Source: Felis catus (taxonomy: Eukaryota). Taken from it: a stretch of 64,000 nt of DNA. A model generated the notes under the pieces. The model was not told where the DNA came from, did not search any database, and saw only the letters and a program-made list of their open reading frames with translations. The DNA is taken from the NCBI RefSeq assembly GCF_018350175.1, contig NC_058368.1, positions 227,728,001 to 227,792,000 of the forward strand, in the 5' to 3' direction. Below, piece by piece: positions 1 through 11,289 of the stretch. The number at the start of each line of letters is the position of its first letter. The first letter of the stretch is position 1. The position numbers were made by a program, and so were the translations under genes.

Positions 1-244
1 GCATTACAATGTAAACATGCAATTATGTTGATGAGGGCAGGCACTAAGATTTTCACTATAAAGAAAAGGAGACACAAATGTAAAATCAAAGAAACATATG
101 ATACCTGTAATCCTAAATTTGGATTAGAAACTTTAGTATAAAGTCATGACATCTTTTCTTATTAAGGAAATATACATATACACACAATATATATACACAT
201 ATTGCCTGGATGTGTCCACGGGGGGAGCAGAGATAGTAACCCAC

Positions 245-310
245 TCAACCCCAAGAATATGACCCACGCCAAAGTTGGACGTTCAACCAACAGAGCCACT
301 TAGGTGCCCC
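245..310 (-). mobile_element. CanSINE 5' head fragment
   Basis: Reverse complement ggggcacctaagtggctctgttggttgaacgtccaactttggc matches the tRNA-derived SINEC head. Confidence 0.7.
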
Positions 311-566
311 AGAGAAGAGAAAAATTTAACTTCATAAGAGATGAAAAAAACTGTAATTGAAACACATCAAATATTAAAAATCACAGGTGTTTTTTTTTTA
401 TCAGTCTGAAATGACTAACGGTCATTTTACATTCGTCTGAAAACTGATAAGAATCAATCATTTTTCCTGCTTTTCTTGTATTAACTGTGTTCTCAGGGTA
501 ACCAAGAAACTGATGAAGGGACACTTCCCTTGTAGAATATCCAAACCGATAAAGAACAAAGGATGT

Positions 567-785
567 GGGGTGCCTGGGTGGCTCTGTCAGTTAAGCACCC
601 AACTCACAATTTTGGCTCAGGTCACAATCTTGTGGTCATAAGATTGTGCCCTGAGTCGGGTGAGTGTGGAGCCTGCTTAGGATTCTCTCTCTTCCTCTCC
701 CTCGGCCCCTCCCCTGCTTATAGGTGCACGAATGCTCTCTCCCTCTCCCTCTCCCTCTCCCAAAAAAAAAAAAAAAAAAAAAAAA
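567..785 (+). mobile_element. CanSINE (SINEC_Fc-type)
   Basis: ggggtgcctgggtggctc head, CT-rich linker and poly-A tail. Short TSD aaaggatg. Confidence 0.9.
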
Positions 786-2009
786 GGATGCAATTAGAAT
801 GTCACCATTTTGCATTACATAATGAACTGTAATAAAATACCAGATTCTAAACCATGATCATCAATGAATGCTTAACATCAAAGAAAAAGAAACAGCCAAC
901 CCCCACCCCACCCTGCACCACACACAAATACAACTCCCAGTAGGACTACCCACTACCACCCAGTAAGGATTCTTGATTTTTGCCTTCTTCCTGCAAAATC
1001 TAAGCTAGGTCTGATCAAACCTCAAGACCCAGCTCCTAGTTTACAGGAAAGACAGGGGAAGGAGAGCATAGTAACTGACCACCCACAGGTGCAACCAGCA
1101 AAAGCTACAATGTAGGGAACTCTACAGGAAAACACCATTTCCTCACCTAATAATTAACACAGGGGATAAGATAAATACAAGGATAAGGAGTAAGAACCTA
1201 TAGATTGAGAGAAACAGTCAGAAGAACCAATTGCAATGTATATCCTGTAAAACAAATTGTGAGACAAGCAAGGATATTTGAATATTGCCTGGCCTCTTTT
1301 TATATTAAAGAATTACTGCCCATTTTTTAAAGCCATTAATCGTACTGAGGTTTTTTTAAAGGAATATAGATGAGTGACCCATGGATTCTTGGAAATTCAT
1401 TATACTATTCTCTCTCCTTTTGGATGCTGAAATGTTTTATGATAAAAAGGGGGAAAAAGTGTTCTTAACTCTGGTGGTGGTCAGTGAATTCTTTTGAGGT
1501 CCAAACCCCAATGGCATAGGAATCACATTAGTGGTTGAGCATACATATACATGGTATATATTATATATTAACATATACATTAAATAAAATGTTAAATATA
1601 AACTATAAAACACTTCTTTTATTGCCCCTACTTCTGACCTGAAGCATGAAATCAGGTTTGTCATCTAACCTCATTTAACACACCGTCTGCAGGAGCTGGT
1701 AAGTACTTTGCTGTCTTACATATGTGCAGTGAGGGCTGCTTTTTACAGTAGCTGGCAAGGAGACTGAGGATCAGAAATATTCAAGTTCAAAGAATCCCTA
1801 CTGGGTTTTTTGGTTTTTTTTTTTTTTTTTTAGAGATTTTGACCTAATAAGTAACTCCCAGAATCACTGATCTTTTGGCCTGCTTTTTCAAAGCCCTGGT
1901 TATTCCATTTAGATTTAATTTACTAAAAACTACTCATATGGAGAGCTTTTACAAATGCACCACAATAAATATCCCCTAATACTTTTAAAAACAGGATCAG
2001 AGCAAGAAG

Positions 2010-2200
2010 TAGACTGGCAGTTGGGAGCCCAGCAGTAGAGGAAATAGGGACCGGGTAGGGGCTCTTTCGGAGGTAATCAAAGTGTTCCGGGATTAGACCA
2101 TGGTGATGGTTTCACAACCTTGTGAATACCCTAAAATCCACCAAATCATATACGTTTAAAGGACAGATTTTATGGTATGTGGATTATATCTCAATAAAAC
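2010..2200 (+). mobile_element. L1M (L1MB-like) 3' terminal fragment
   Basis: 'tggtgatggtttcacaaccttgtgaatac…ttttatggtatgtggattatatctcaataaa' is a typical L1MB 3' end. Confidence 0.7.
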
Positions 2201-2677
2201 AGATTTTACTAAACAGGAGTAGAGGTAAAAATTTTTCAGAAGTTTACTCCTTCATTGTCAACCTTTCACATAAAAAAAATCACCATGCAAAAGTAACAAA
2301 TTTGTTTTTAAGTTAGTGCTTTTTTTCCATTTTTCCTTCCTAAGCAAAATAACAGCAAGCCTAAGAAAATCAGCAAATGATATCATGCTAACATAACTCG
2401 CCAATTCTGGTTATAAAGTAGGAAATACTCTACAATTGTGGTGGCACCCACCAATCATTTCCCTGACACAGCTGGTGACTACCGTCTCTAATATTTTTAA
2501 AGTTCTGTACTAGTTTGCTACAGTGAACTTCCCTCCCCACTAAAAAGACCCAATTTTAATTAACTCTGAAGAATTTAAGGCTTGAGTAGTCAGGATAAAC
2601 TCTGAAAGACAAATGACTTTATTCCTTCAATTAGTTTAAGGGGAAATAGTTTCAGCTTTGATAGTAACTTAGATAAA

Positions 2678-2702
2678 AACAACAACAACAACAACAACAA
2701 CA
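2678..2702. repeat. (AAC)n microsatellite
   Basis: About 8 aac units read directly. Confidence 0.9.
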
Positions 2703-2710
2703 TCAAATGA

Positions 2711-2915
2711 GGGGTACCTAAGTGGCTTAGTCGGTTAAGCATCTGACTTTGATCTAGCTCAGGTCATGATCTCATCGTTTGTGGGATCGAGCCCCACAAT
2801 GGGCTCTGCACTGATAGCGTGGAGCCTGTTTGGGATTCTCCTTCTCTCTCCCTCTCTCTCCACACCTGCCCCACCCCCTGCTTGTTCTCTCAAAATAAAT
2901 AAAGCCTTAAAAAAA
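2711..2915 (+). mobile_element. CanSINE, older copy
   Basis: Diverged SINEC head, CT linker and aaaataaataaa tail. TSD aacatcaaatga at 2699-2710 and 3151-3162. Confidence 0.9.
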
Positions 2916-2925
2916 GGAAACATCA

Positions 2926-3140
2926 GGGGCGCCTGGGTGGTGCAGTCGGTTAAGCGTCCGACTTCAGCCAGGTCACGATCTCGCGGTCCGTGAGTTCGAG
3001 CCCCGCGTCAGGCTCTGGGCTGATGGCTCGGAGCCTGGAGCCTGTTTCCGATTCTGTGTCTCTCTCTCTCTCTGCCCCTCCCCCGTTCATGCTCTGTCTC
3101 TCTCTGTCCCAAAAATAAATTTAAAAAAAAGTTGAAAAAG
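2926..3140 (+). mobile_element. CanSINE, young CpG-intact felid SINEC_Fc
   Basis: Near-consensus body. 17-bp TSD aaaaaaaggaaacatca at 2909-2925 and 3141-3157. Confidence 0.95.
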
Positions 3141-4667
3141 AAAAAAAGGAAACATCAAATGAGATATCCTGTATTAAGAGCCTAATAAGGAATGAGTATA
3201 AATAAAAATCAGCAACCCTAGCCTCCCGTTCTTTACGTGCCTGTCTCCAGGAGCTTAACCAAAGAATCAAGCTCTCTCACCTCAGATCACCTTTAAAAAT
3301 AAAGAACTGAGGAACATGTGGAACTGGCTTTGAGCCTTCTTACTGATGCCTCTATTATTTATAAGCAGAGGCTTCTCATTATATTAACTTTAAAGTCCAT
3401 CTGTAAGCTACAAATCAGGAATTGACAAACTGCGGCATGGGTCCACATTATGCAGTTTGTGGGTAAATGATTAGGAAAGAGCAAAGGGTACTTTAAAAAC
3501 TTGGTGTATTATAAGCAAGGAGAGGTTTCTTTACTTTTGTTTTGTTTTCTCTTGTAGCATGTATTCTCAACTAGCTAAAGCGTCTTTCTTTTCACAAACT
3601 TCTATCAACCTTCCAAATGCATTCTGAATTAGATTCACTTCAGCCAAATCATCAAAGAGTGTTTACGAGGTGCCAGGAAACACCACTGGCCATAAAGGTG
3701 TGATTAGTAACAGCACCACAGGGAGCTGCACCCTAAATATAGACCAGTCCCACATGCCAAAAGGACACACCTAACACATAATAGCAGCTGGCAGCATTAT
3801 ACATTTAAAATAAAATGTGTTCAAAAGGAGACTCAGATCAGCGTATCATGCCTGTTTGAGAAAGATAAAAAATTATCAGGGGAAACACATACAGGAAGAC
3901 TGTCTAAAAGCACATGGCAATCCACACATTTACTTCCTGCTGTAACAGAGCAGAAAAATCTGAAAACCTTGGTTTTGCAACAAATGAACTTGTGCCAAAA
4001 AGGTCAAGTCCGCAATGGCTCTTCTGTTCGTGTAAGAGGGAGCCCCCAAAGAGACAGCCCAAAAAAGCCCTACAGCTGACTCCCTATGTGTGGAGGAAGT
4101 CAGATGCTCCAAAGCCTGAGAGACAGATCTAGACTGTCACCACACTGCAGGGGGCCAGGCACCCCCAACCCCAGCACAAATATTACAGGTAAGTGGAGGA
4201 CCAGGTTGGTAGAGATCACTGGAGCTTTGATGGTCCACAACATGGGCTCTAGGAACCCCAGGACTAGGGGACAAAAAAAAAAAAAAAAACAAGGTAAGAA
4301 TTCAGGACACATCCACATAAGGTCATATTCCCATCACTTTCAGGGAGACGATGGACTTCTAAACAATCAGTTGTTTTACCTAACTGAATAAGTGAAAAAC
4401 AACCAAATGTTTGCTGAATGAAAGACACAAACATATTTTAATCACCAATGCTATTTGACTTATAGTGTGTGCCTCCAAGCTAGAAGAAAATGCTCTTGGC
4501 ACTAACTTCTCAGGAAAATACTACAAGAGCAAAGCAGTTAAAAATCCACTGGAACATCAGCACTTCCATGCATGTGGCAGGGGCGTTAGTTTAGGATTTC
4601 AGACTCTGATACTGTATCAGAAGCAGTCAAAAGGAACAGTAACACAGATCAGAAAGTTCAACTTTAC

Positions 4668-4742
4668 CTGAAAGGTATGCAACTTTTTCCTTTAAAATTG
4701 GCAAAACATCCATAGCTTTCATTTCATCGTTTTTTCGAAACC
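4668..4742 (-). CDS. TRIO: TRIO (triple functional domain Rho-GEF) coding exon 2, 75 bp, phase 1-1, at the start of the SEC14/CRAL-TRIO region
   Basis: The reverse complement reads tttcag|GG TTT CGA AAA AAC GAT GAA ATG AAA GCT ATG GAT GTT TTG CCA ATT TTA AAG GAA AAA GTT GCA TAC CTT TCA G|gtaaag = (G)FRKNDEMKAMDVLPILKEKVAYLS(G). This matches the recalled mammalian TRIO N-terminus (…FFRSGFRKNDEMKAMDVLPILKEKVAYLSGGRDKRGG…). Canonical AG at 4743-4744 and GT at 4666-4667. Confidence 0.97.
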
Positions 4743-7700
4743 CTGAAATACATAAGGAGAAAATCAAATTACTAGGTTGCTTGAGTGATGTTTCATTTCT
4801 TACCCATTCTATCCTATCCCAATATAGCAGCTTTATTCACACGCATTAAATCAACTTTAGAAATATCATTTGAAAGGATCTGAATTCTATGAAGGAAAGA
4901 CTCTGATCACAGAATTATCTTCTATTTTAATGGCAAATAACGATTTGCACACAGACCCAGAGGATCCCGTACCAAACAGGCTCCAGGTCATTTGTAGCAA
5001 TAAAGATCTGGTCCTAAAAAAACACAGGATATGAAACCAGTCCAGATGATTTCAAAAATCTTCACTTGAATCCTGTAGATTAATGTAAACATTGGCAAAT
5101 AAAACAACAATATCACGTTTTAAACACTGCAGCTGGTGCACACTAAAGCCCGTAGGGGGAGCTCAAAGTCTCCTCCTATCAGAACCCACAGTGGTTAAAA
5201 ATAAACAGTGGCAAGGAGAAGAGCAGGAATTATAAATAGCTGGGGACTGGCCACAGCTCCCTCTAGGCTCTATCCTTCCAGGCTTTCTGGGTCATGCCCC
5301 CCCTGGAGGAATGTCACTGGCTACTGGGGTAAAATGGCCCAATGCCACCTGTAAAGGCCCTCTTCTCTGTGTGAACCAACTCTCCCCATGCCCAATATTG
5401 CAGAAGGCAAGTGGAGGTATCATGGAAAAGAAGCACACAGCAAGCAATTTAGGCCAAGCCAACATCCATCTGAGCAAAAGGAATTCATGCAGCCCAATGT
5501 GTCTGGCCCAGCTCACTAGGGCAAATGCCCAAATGGGAGTCTGGGGCAAAAATGTTCATTCCCATAATAATGCCTCAGGATAGTTCCCCTGGAGGTCTCT
5601 AACAGAGGAAATCTAGGTTCAGGATGCTGGCCATCCTCATCAAAACCAGTAACTATCATTTCTGGCTGAGCAGTCTCTAGGAAAAATAAAAGACCACTGG
5701 CCCATCGCTATTTTCCTGCTTGTTTTTGCCACAACAGTACAAGGAACGCTCCAGAATGGCAGCTTGGTAACACAACACAAGATGCAGACCTGGGATGAGA
5801 GCAAGGGAAGCACTCGCTGAACGAACAGGGCCTCCACCGTGCCAGGTCTGAACAGCCCCTATGGGACCAGCCCTGCCACAGAGGAAAGCTGTACAACTCA
5901 ACCGTCTCAAGGCCCTGCAGGGTGCCCAAGAGCAGGAGACCCACCTGGAAAGAAAGGAATGGCACGGGGAGCATCTGACCGGGGCTTGTAGCCTGAGGAC
6001 AGGGCCCAGGCTAAGCCACGTGGAGCTGCTAACACCAGAACCAGAACACAGCTCAGGGCAACCCCAGTAGCTGGGGAGAAGCTGCGGAAAGGAGCAGGGG
6101 AGCCCCAAGTTCTGGGCATCATTTTGGCCCAAATTTCTGGCTCTCCCCTGAGCCTCGCTTGTCCAGGGAAAGCTCTCGGCTGAAGATAAAGTATGTGACT
6201 GAGACTCAGGTCGCAGACCCCCGCAGAGGAGGCGGATTCGAAGCTTGAGTCCAGCCAAATTTCCAGCCTGACAGCCCAAGCAAACAGTATCAAAGTCAGC
6301 ACTTTGGGGAAGAATCTAACAGAATCCAGCAGCTGCGACACATCGTTCACAGAAGCAACGAATGGCTAAATTAATGGTGTAATTTGATTAAGTAAATCTC
6401 TCCTGCCCGTGGAATACTTGTATACTAAGAACCCAATTTAACAGGATTAAGCATGATACTGACAATCATCAGAGACTCTGCACAAAGACAGCAACAAACA
6501 CATCGCGATGAGGACCCCAAGGTCCAGGAGACACAGCGGCGTTTCCGCTCTGGTCATGAAAGGGCTCAACACAGAACCCATGCCCCCACGTCATCAGGCC
6601 ACTTTGCTTTCCAATATACCAGGCTCCGTGCTGGCAAACCACCAAGCTTTTTTTAAAACAGTGGCTATTTATAAACGGCAAAATAAGAGCCAAGAGTTCT
6701 GCAATTTCATCCTTAAGGTCCCTTCAAAGCTCTTGAATGGAGGCAATCTAGTCTCAGCAACTCACTGCTGTCACTGGGTAATTCACAGGACCCATCGACA
6801 AAGACAGATTACATCTCAAGTCCCTCTGGCGTGGACGGAGACGTCAGTCGGGCAAACACAAAGAGCAGTTAGGTGCCACAGTGGCTCTCAAGAAGACAAG
6901 TTTATAAATACCTATAGCCAGGCATAGTATGCAAAGTCCCGTTAGCAGCACAAAGTGCTATGGGCCGCGGACAAATGAGGAGGCAGCACATCCAAGGACA
7001 GAAACAGGAAGAAGAAGCCCCAGCTGTAGATCCCAATCTACAAGGATCTGAAAAGAAGATCCCCCTTCCATCGCTACCAGATAAGAAAACACGTGCTTTC
7101 CACCATTCCACTGCCTCTCCCCCCCACCCCACCCCCCGAAGCCCTGGCAGCAGAGCCCTCGGAGAGGGACCACGGCGACTGCAGTCCTGGATCCCCATGC
7201 TATGGGAACAGGAGCCCCACTTGAGGGTCCAGCCCCTCTCACACAACCCTCATCAAGCATCCTAACCCCAGGGCCGCACCTCACAGGAGAGCCGAGTAAC
7301 TTACATAATTCCAAGGCGTTCTTAACAATTCCTGCCGACTCTGAAACAAGCTGTTTATTACTACCCTTTATGGAGTGAATGATGGAAGTCAGAGCTGCTG
7401 TGTTCCAGGCCACCCCACAGAAGGACAGCATACTGACATGAAAACAAGGTGAACTGAGCAAAACTTCACGACGCAGATCTCGATTTCCTACCACCCATTG
7501 GAAACCACAGACTCACTCCCGTGTTTTAGTTTCTAAAAACTAGTCTTATGCCTCTCAGTTTCTGAATCTCTGCCCTAAGTTAAGATTCACAGTCTTCAGT
7601 GGAAGAGGAAAGGCACTAGGAGCTAACCCGGTGCTGAAGTCTGTTTACTACCATGGTGACAGACATGCACGTCCAAACATTCAGTACAACAGAAATTCTT

Positions 7701-7902
7701 CATGGTTTTACCACAATATTCTTGTTGAAGAGGTCACAGAAAAAGAGATGTTATCTCAAAGTCAAATTAGAAGTCAAATTAAAACTTCTAAAATAGAAAA
7801 TTTTTAAAAAACAAATATAAAACTAACGACACAAAGAAATGGGAGTTTGTAACTAGTATGGCGTTCACCTAAGTATGTATCATCGTTAATTTTGTTTCCA
7901 TT

Positions 7903-8107
7903 GTTTTTGTAATCTTTATTTATTTTTGAGAGAGAGAGAGAGAGTTGGGGGAGGGGCAGAGAGAGAGGGAGACACAGAATCCGAAGCAGGCTCCAGGCTC
8001 CGAGCTGTCAGCACAGAGCCCAATGCTGGGCTTGAACTCACAAACCACGAGGTCATGACCCGAGCTGAAGTCGGATGCTTAACCGACTTCAGCCACCCAG
8101 GCGCCCC
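7903..8107 (-). mobile_element. CanSINE (SINEC_Fc-type)
   Basis: tttatttatttttgagagag…gccacccaggcgcccc. Confidence 0.93.
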
Positions 8108-8843
8108 ATTTTTAAAAACACACGCAATAGGCAAAAGGCTGAGGAAGCATGTACACATACCATAAAGCCAGATTAAATATATCATGTAACTTTTCATAAG
8201 AAAGGAAGAACTCAGCCATGAAATAGCCCTTAGATCAAAAAGGCAGATTCTGTTCCATGCCCCGAAGAGCTATTTATGAAAACAGAGTATGCAACTATGA
8301 AAAAACAAAATTTCCAAATACATGGCTTCTGTGCTACTCCAGTGACTCTAGATTACGCTGCAGATACGACAACTCCTACTGTGTTCCTTCTTTGTAAAGG
8401 ATCTAGCTGTGGCTTCTAAACTTTTGAATCAAGAGGATATGCTCCCTGACTCTCCCTATAAGCACATACCTCTCCCTCGCGTGCTCATGGATAGAGAAAA
8501 CAATGACAAATGCCATCTTGGAGGGATGCTTCTGAGGTCTCAGACCATATCTGTGTGTCACAGACCAGAAGTCAGCAGCAGTTTTACTTCTAAGTGCCAC
8601 CAAGGGAGTTTGAAAATGCCACGAACAGGTGAAAGGGGGTGCCACAGAGAGACTTACGGTAAAATTGAGAAGAAAAGCAGAGCAGTTGGACTGAACACCT
8701 CATGACATTAAAAAAAAAAAAAAAAAAAAAGAGCAGCTTGAAAAGTGATAAAGAGGTAAATAAGTGGCCAAAGTCAGGGGACATTTAGTTATATCCATCT
8801 CTTAAAATTACATACTTTTTAAATTACAGACAGTCTATTTTAA

Positions 8844-9056
8844 ATTTTTTTTTCAACGTTTATTTATTTTTGGGACAGAGAGAGACAGAGCATGAACGGG
8901 GGAGGGGCAGAGAGAGAGGGAGACACACAATCGGAAACAGGCTCCAGGCTCTGAGCCATCAGCCCAGAGCCCGACGCGGGGCTCGAACTCACGGACCGCG
9001 AGATCGTGACCTGGCTGAAGTCGGACGCTTAACCGACTGCGCCACCCAGGCGCCCC
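8844..9056 (-). mobile_element. CanSINE, young CpG-intact felid SINEC_Fc
   Basis: Near-consensus body. Perfect 17-bp TSD cagacagtctattttaa at 8827-8843 and 9057-9073. Confidence 0.95.
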
Positions 9057-9085
9057 CAGACAGTCTATTTTAAGGAGTGCAGAAA

Positions 9086-9282
9086 GGGGTGCCTGGGTGG
9101 CTCAGTCTGTTAAGCGTCCGACTTCGGCTCAGGTCATGATCTCACAGTTCGTGGGTTTGAGCCCCACGTGGGGCTCTGTGCTGACAGCTCGGAGCCTGGA
9201 GCCTAATTCAGATTCTGTGTCTCCCCCTCCCTCTGCCCCTCTGACCAATACTCTGTCTCAAAAATAAATAAACATTATAAAA
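9086..9282 (+). mobile_element. CanSINE (SINEC_Fc-type)
   Basis: ggggtgcctgggtggctcagtc head through the caaaaataaataaacatt tail. Confidence 0.93.
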
Positions 9283-9754
9283 GGAGGGAAGGGACGGAGG
9301 GCAGACAGACAGACTAGATTCTTGTTCCAAATGAGTTTCCCTATCTGAGACAAAGAAGCGAACGTGGATTTTAATCAACCGCTAGCCTCAGGAGACGGTG
9401 ACCACAGCATACGGATACAGTCAGTCAAGGCTCGTTTGTAGGTGCAGAGGAGGCTTCCCAGGGGAGCCCTACAAGGCATGCAACCACCACTCTGCTGAAC
9501 CAGGTCTATCGGAATGTTCACATGATAACATCTGCCATTGCTCTAAGATCTTGATGTGATTATTTGCTGAATGATACGGAGGAGAAAGGAGTGTGGGTTA
9601 AGAATCAGATGTTACTGTGTGTTAACATAAGCATGCAGTTGGTGCTTGATAATTTTCTTTGCTCTTCCCCGGTTCAACACAAACAATGCCTTTTCCTAAA
9701 ACAACTAAATTTGAATATTTGGAGGGTCTAATACATTCATTTAAAAACATCTCA

Positions 9755-9860
9755 GGGCACCTGGCTGGTTCAGTTGGAAGAGCACGCAACTCTTGATCTT
9801 GGAGTTGTAGGTCTGAGCCCCTCACTGGGTGTATGTACACTTAACTTAATATTTTTTGAA
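9755..9860 (+). mobile_element. Short tRNA-Lys-derived CanSINE lacking the CT linker (SINEC_old-type)
   Basis: gggcacctggctggttcagttggaagagcacgcaactcttgatcttggagttgtaggtctgagcccc…gggtgta. Confidence 0.8.
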
Positions 9861-11289
9861 AGCAAAAAAGAATCTATCTCAACCCCAAGGTTCACACGTT
9901 ACTTGCCAAAATTGCTTCTGTCGTCACCTTTTAAATTGCTATTTGGTTCAGAGCATGTCAATCTGGGGTACGTTTTAAACCCCTGTCCCACAACAATCAT
10001 ATTGCTGAAAATGAGAAGCGTTATGTTACCCGGAGAGAGGACAGTTTTTCTCACTCCTCCTCGAAATCGGCCTGCTAGCTAGAGAACGGTTTTGTTTTGC
10101 TCCCTACTGTATACCAGATGCCCAAGACAGGACCTCGCGCAGGGCAGGGTGGTCAACAGACGCCGGCTTGCCCGCTGGCCGAACGGACGAAGGAAGGAAC
10201 GAAGTCCGCAGCTTCCTGCCCTTGAGCCCCTCCTCAAGCACCCCAATGTGCCTCAGCACCTTCCATGTCAGGCTTATGAAACAGAAGCTCGGTGTTTGCA
10301 AACAGCCACTCCTACAGCGTGTGTTATACTTGCAACAAGGAAAATTAACCTCTCTGTCCTGAGAGGAAATATTGTGCAAGTTAGCATTCGACGACGCAAA
10401 ACCTCTTCGTTGAATCGCTGGTCTGAAACTTCAACTGTCTACACCCCACTGGCCAAACCAACTTCTCATTGTTCACCCCGAGCAGGTGCTGTGCTGGTGT
10501 TGTTGACAAATGCCTTTTGGAGGGAATCCCTGCCGACCACACACTCATGCGGTCTCTTCTCGATGTCAGGTTTAAAAACCACCACCACCACCACCAAATA
10601 GAAAAGGAACCACCACCACGCCGAGTTCTCTTACTTAAAAAGATTAAAAACAAAAAAACAAAAAAACAAAAAAAAAACCCCAACATCATGAAACTGTTTT
10701 CACAAGGGGCAAAAAGGTTTTATACAGCACATTATCCCAACAGCACTTTTTATAGAAGAGTCAAAAAATGAAGACGAAATAAATCAAATGAGGTCAAAAA
10801 CAAACCAACACTAAACTTTTTAAACTAAGGCACAGGGTGAATTTTTAAAAATCCCCTTTTTCTCCCAGGACTACTGGCAGATACTAGTCATTTGAAATTT
10901 TATGTAATCTTCAAATTAAACCAGTCAGAAAATTTTTTGAGGTAAAAACAGGGTTAGAAGAAACCATGGTTATCTCTTGATCATTTGGGCTTGTTCTGAA
11001 CGATTTGCCTCACCTCCTGCGCTGGGATTTGTCTCTAAAAGACAATCCACCAGACAAACTGTGCTCTTCGTCCATTTTCAAAGGTCTCATTTGCCGTCAG
11101 CTATACTAATCTAGTATTTGATGGGGACATCGAAAGTGGAAGCAACTAAAAAATAAAATCCTACACCTTCGGAAACACAGGTTGGAGCAGTAATAAAAAG
11201 CTGTCAATAAGGAAAGCAGCATTTGCAAACAACAACAAAAAGGAACACTGAAGAGCAGGCTGGAGGGCTGCTGTTAGCACCCAGTCTTG

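Larger units (their letters stand above)
1..1450 (+). mobile_element. Ancient L1 (L1MC-like) 3' region, fragmented and interrupted by SINEs
   Basis: Degenerate L1MC 3'UTR-like motifs: 'tcagggtaacca…tgatgaaggg', 'gggaactctacagg', 'gaacctatagatt', 'aaccaattgcaatgta', 'attcattatactattctctct…ataaaaag'. Confidence 0.6.
1..4667 (-). other. TRIO: TRIO intron 2 (5' portion)
   Basis: Lies downstream of the exon 2 donor. The exon 3 peptide (GRDKRGGPILTFP…) was not seen in the window. Confidence 0.88.

Noticed and set aside
5677..6279. 200-aa minus-strand ORF
   Set aside because: No recognisable domain or similarity to Trio, and it overlaps several other ORFs. This is expected by chance in GC-rich intron.
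9755..9860. tRNA-Lys-like sequence (also 33093-33185)
   Set aside because: Diverged tRNA-derived SINE heads with an AT-rich tail and no intact cloverleaf.
11014..11034. Possible 21-nt frame-preserving microexon (gtcttttag|AGACAAATCCCAGCGCAGGAG|gtgagg)
   Set aside because: Short, weak polypyrimidine tract and no UGC element near the acceptor. The peptide is not recognised in Trio, so it is probably chance.
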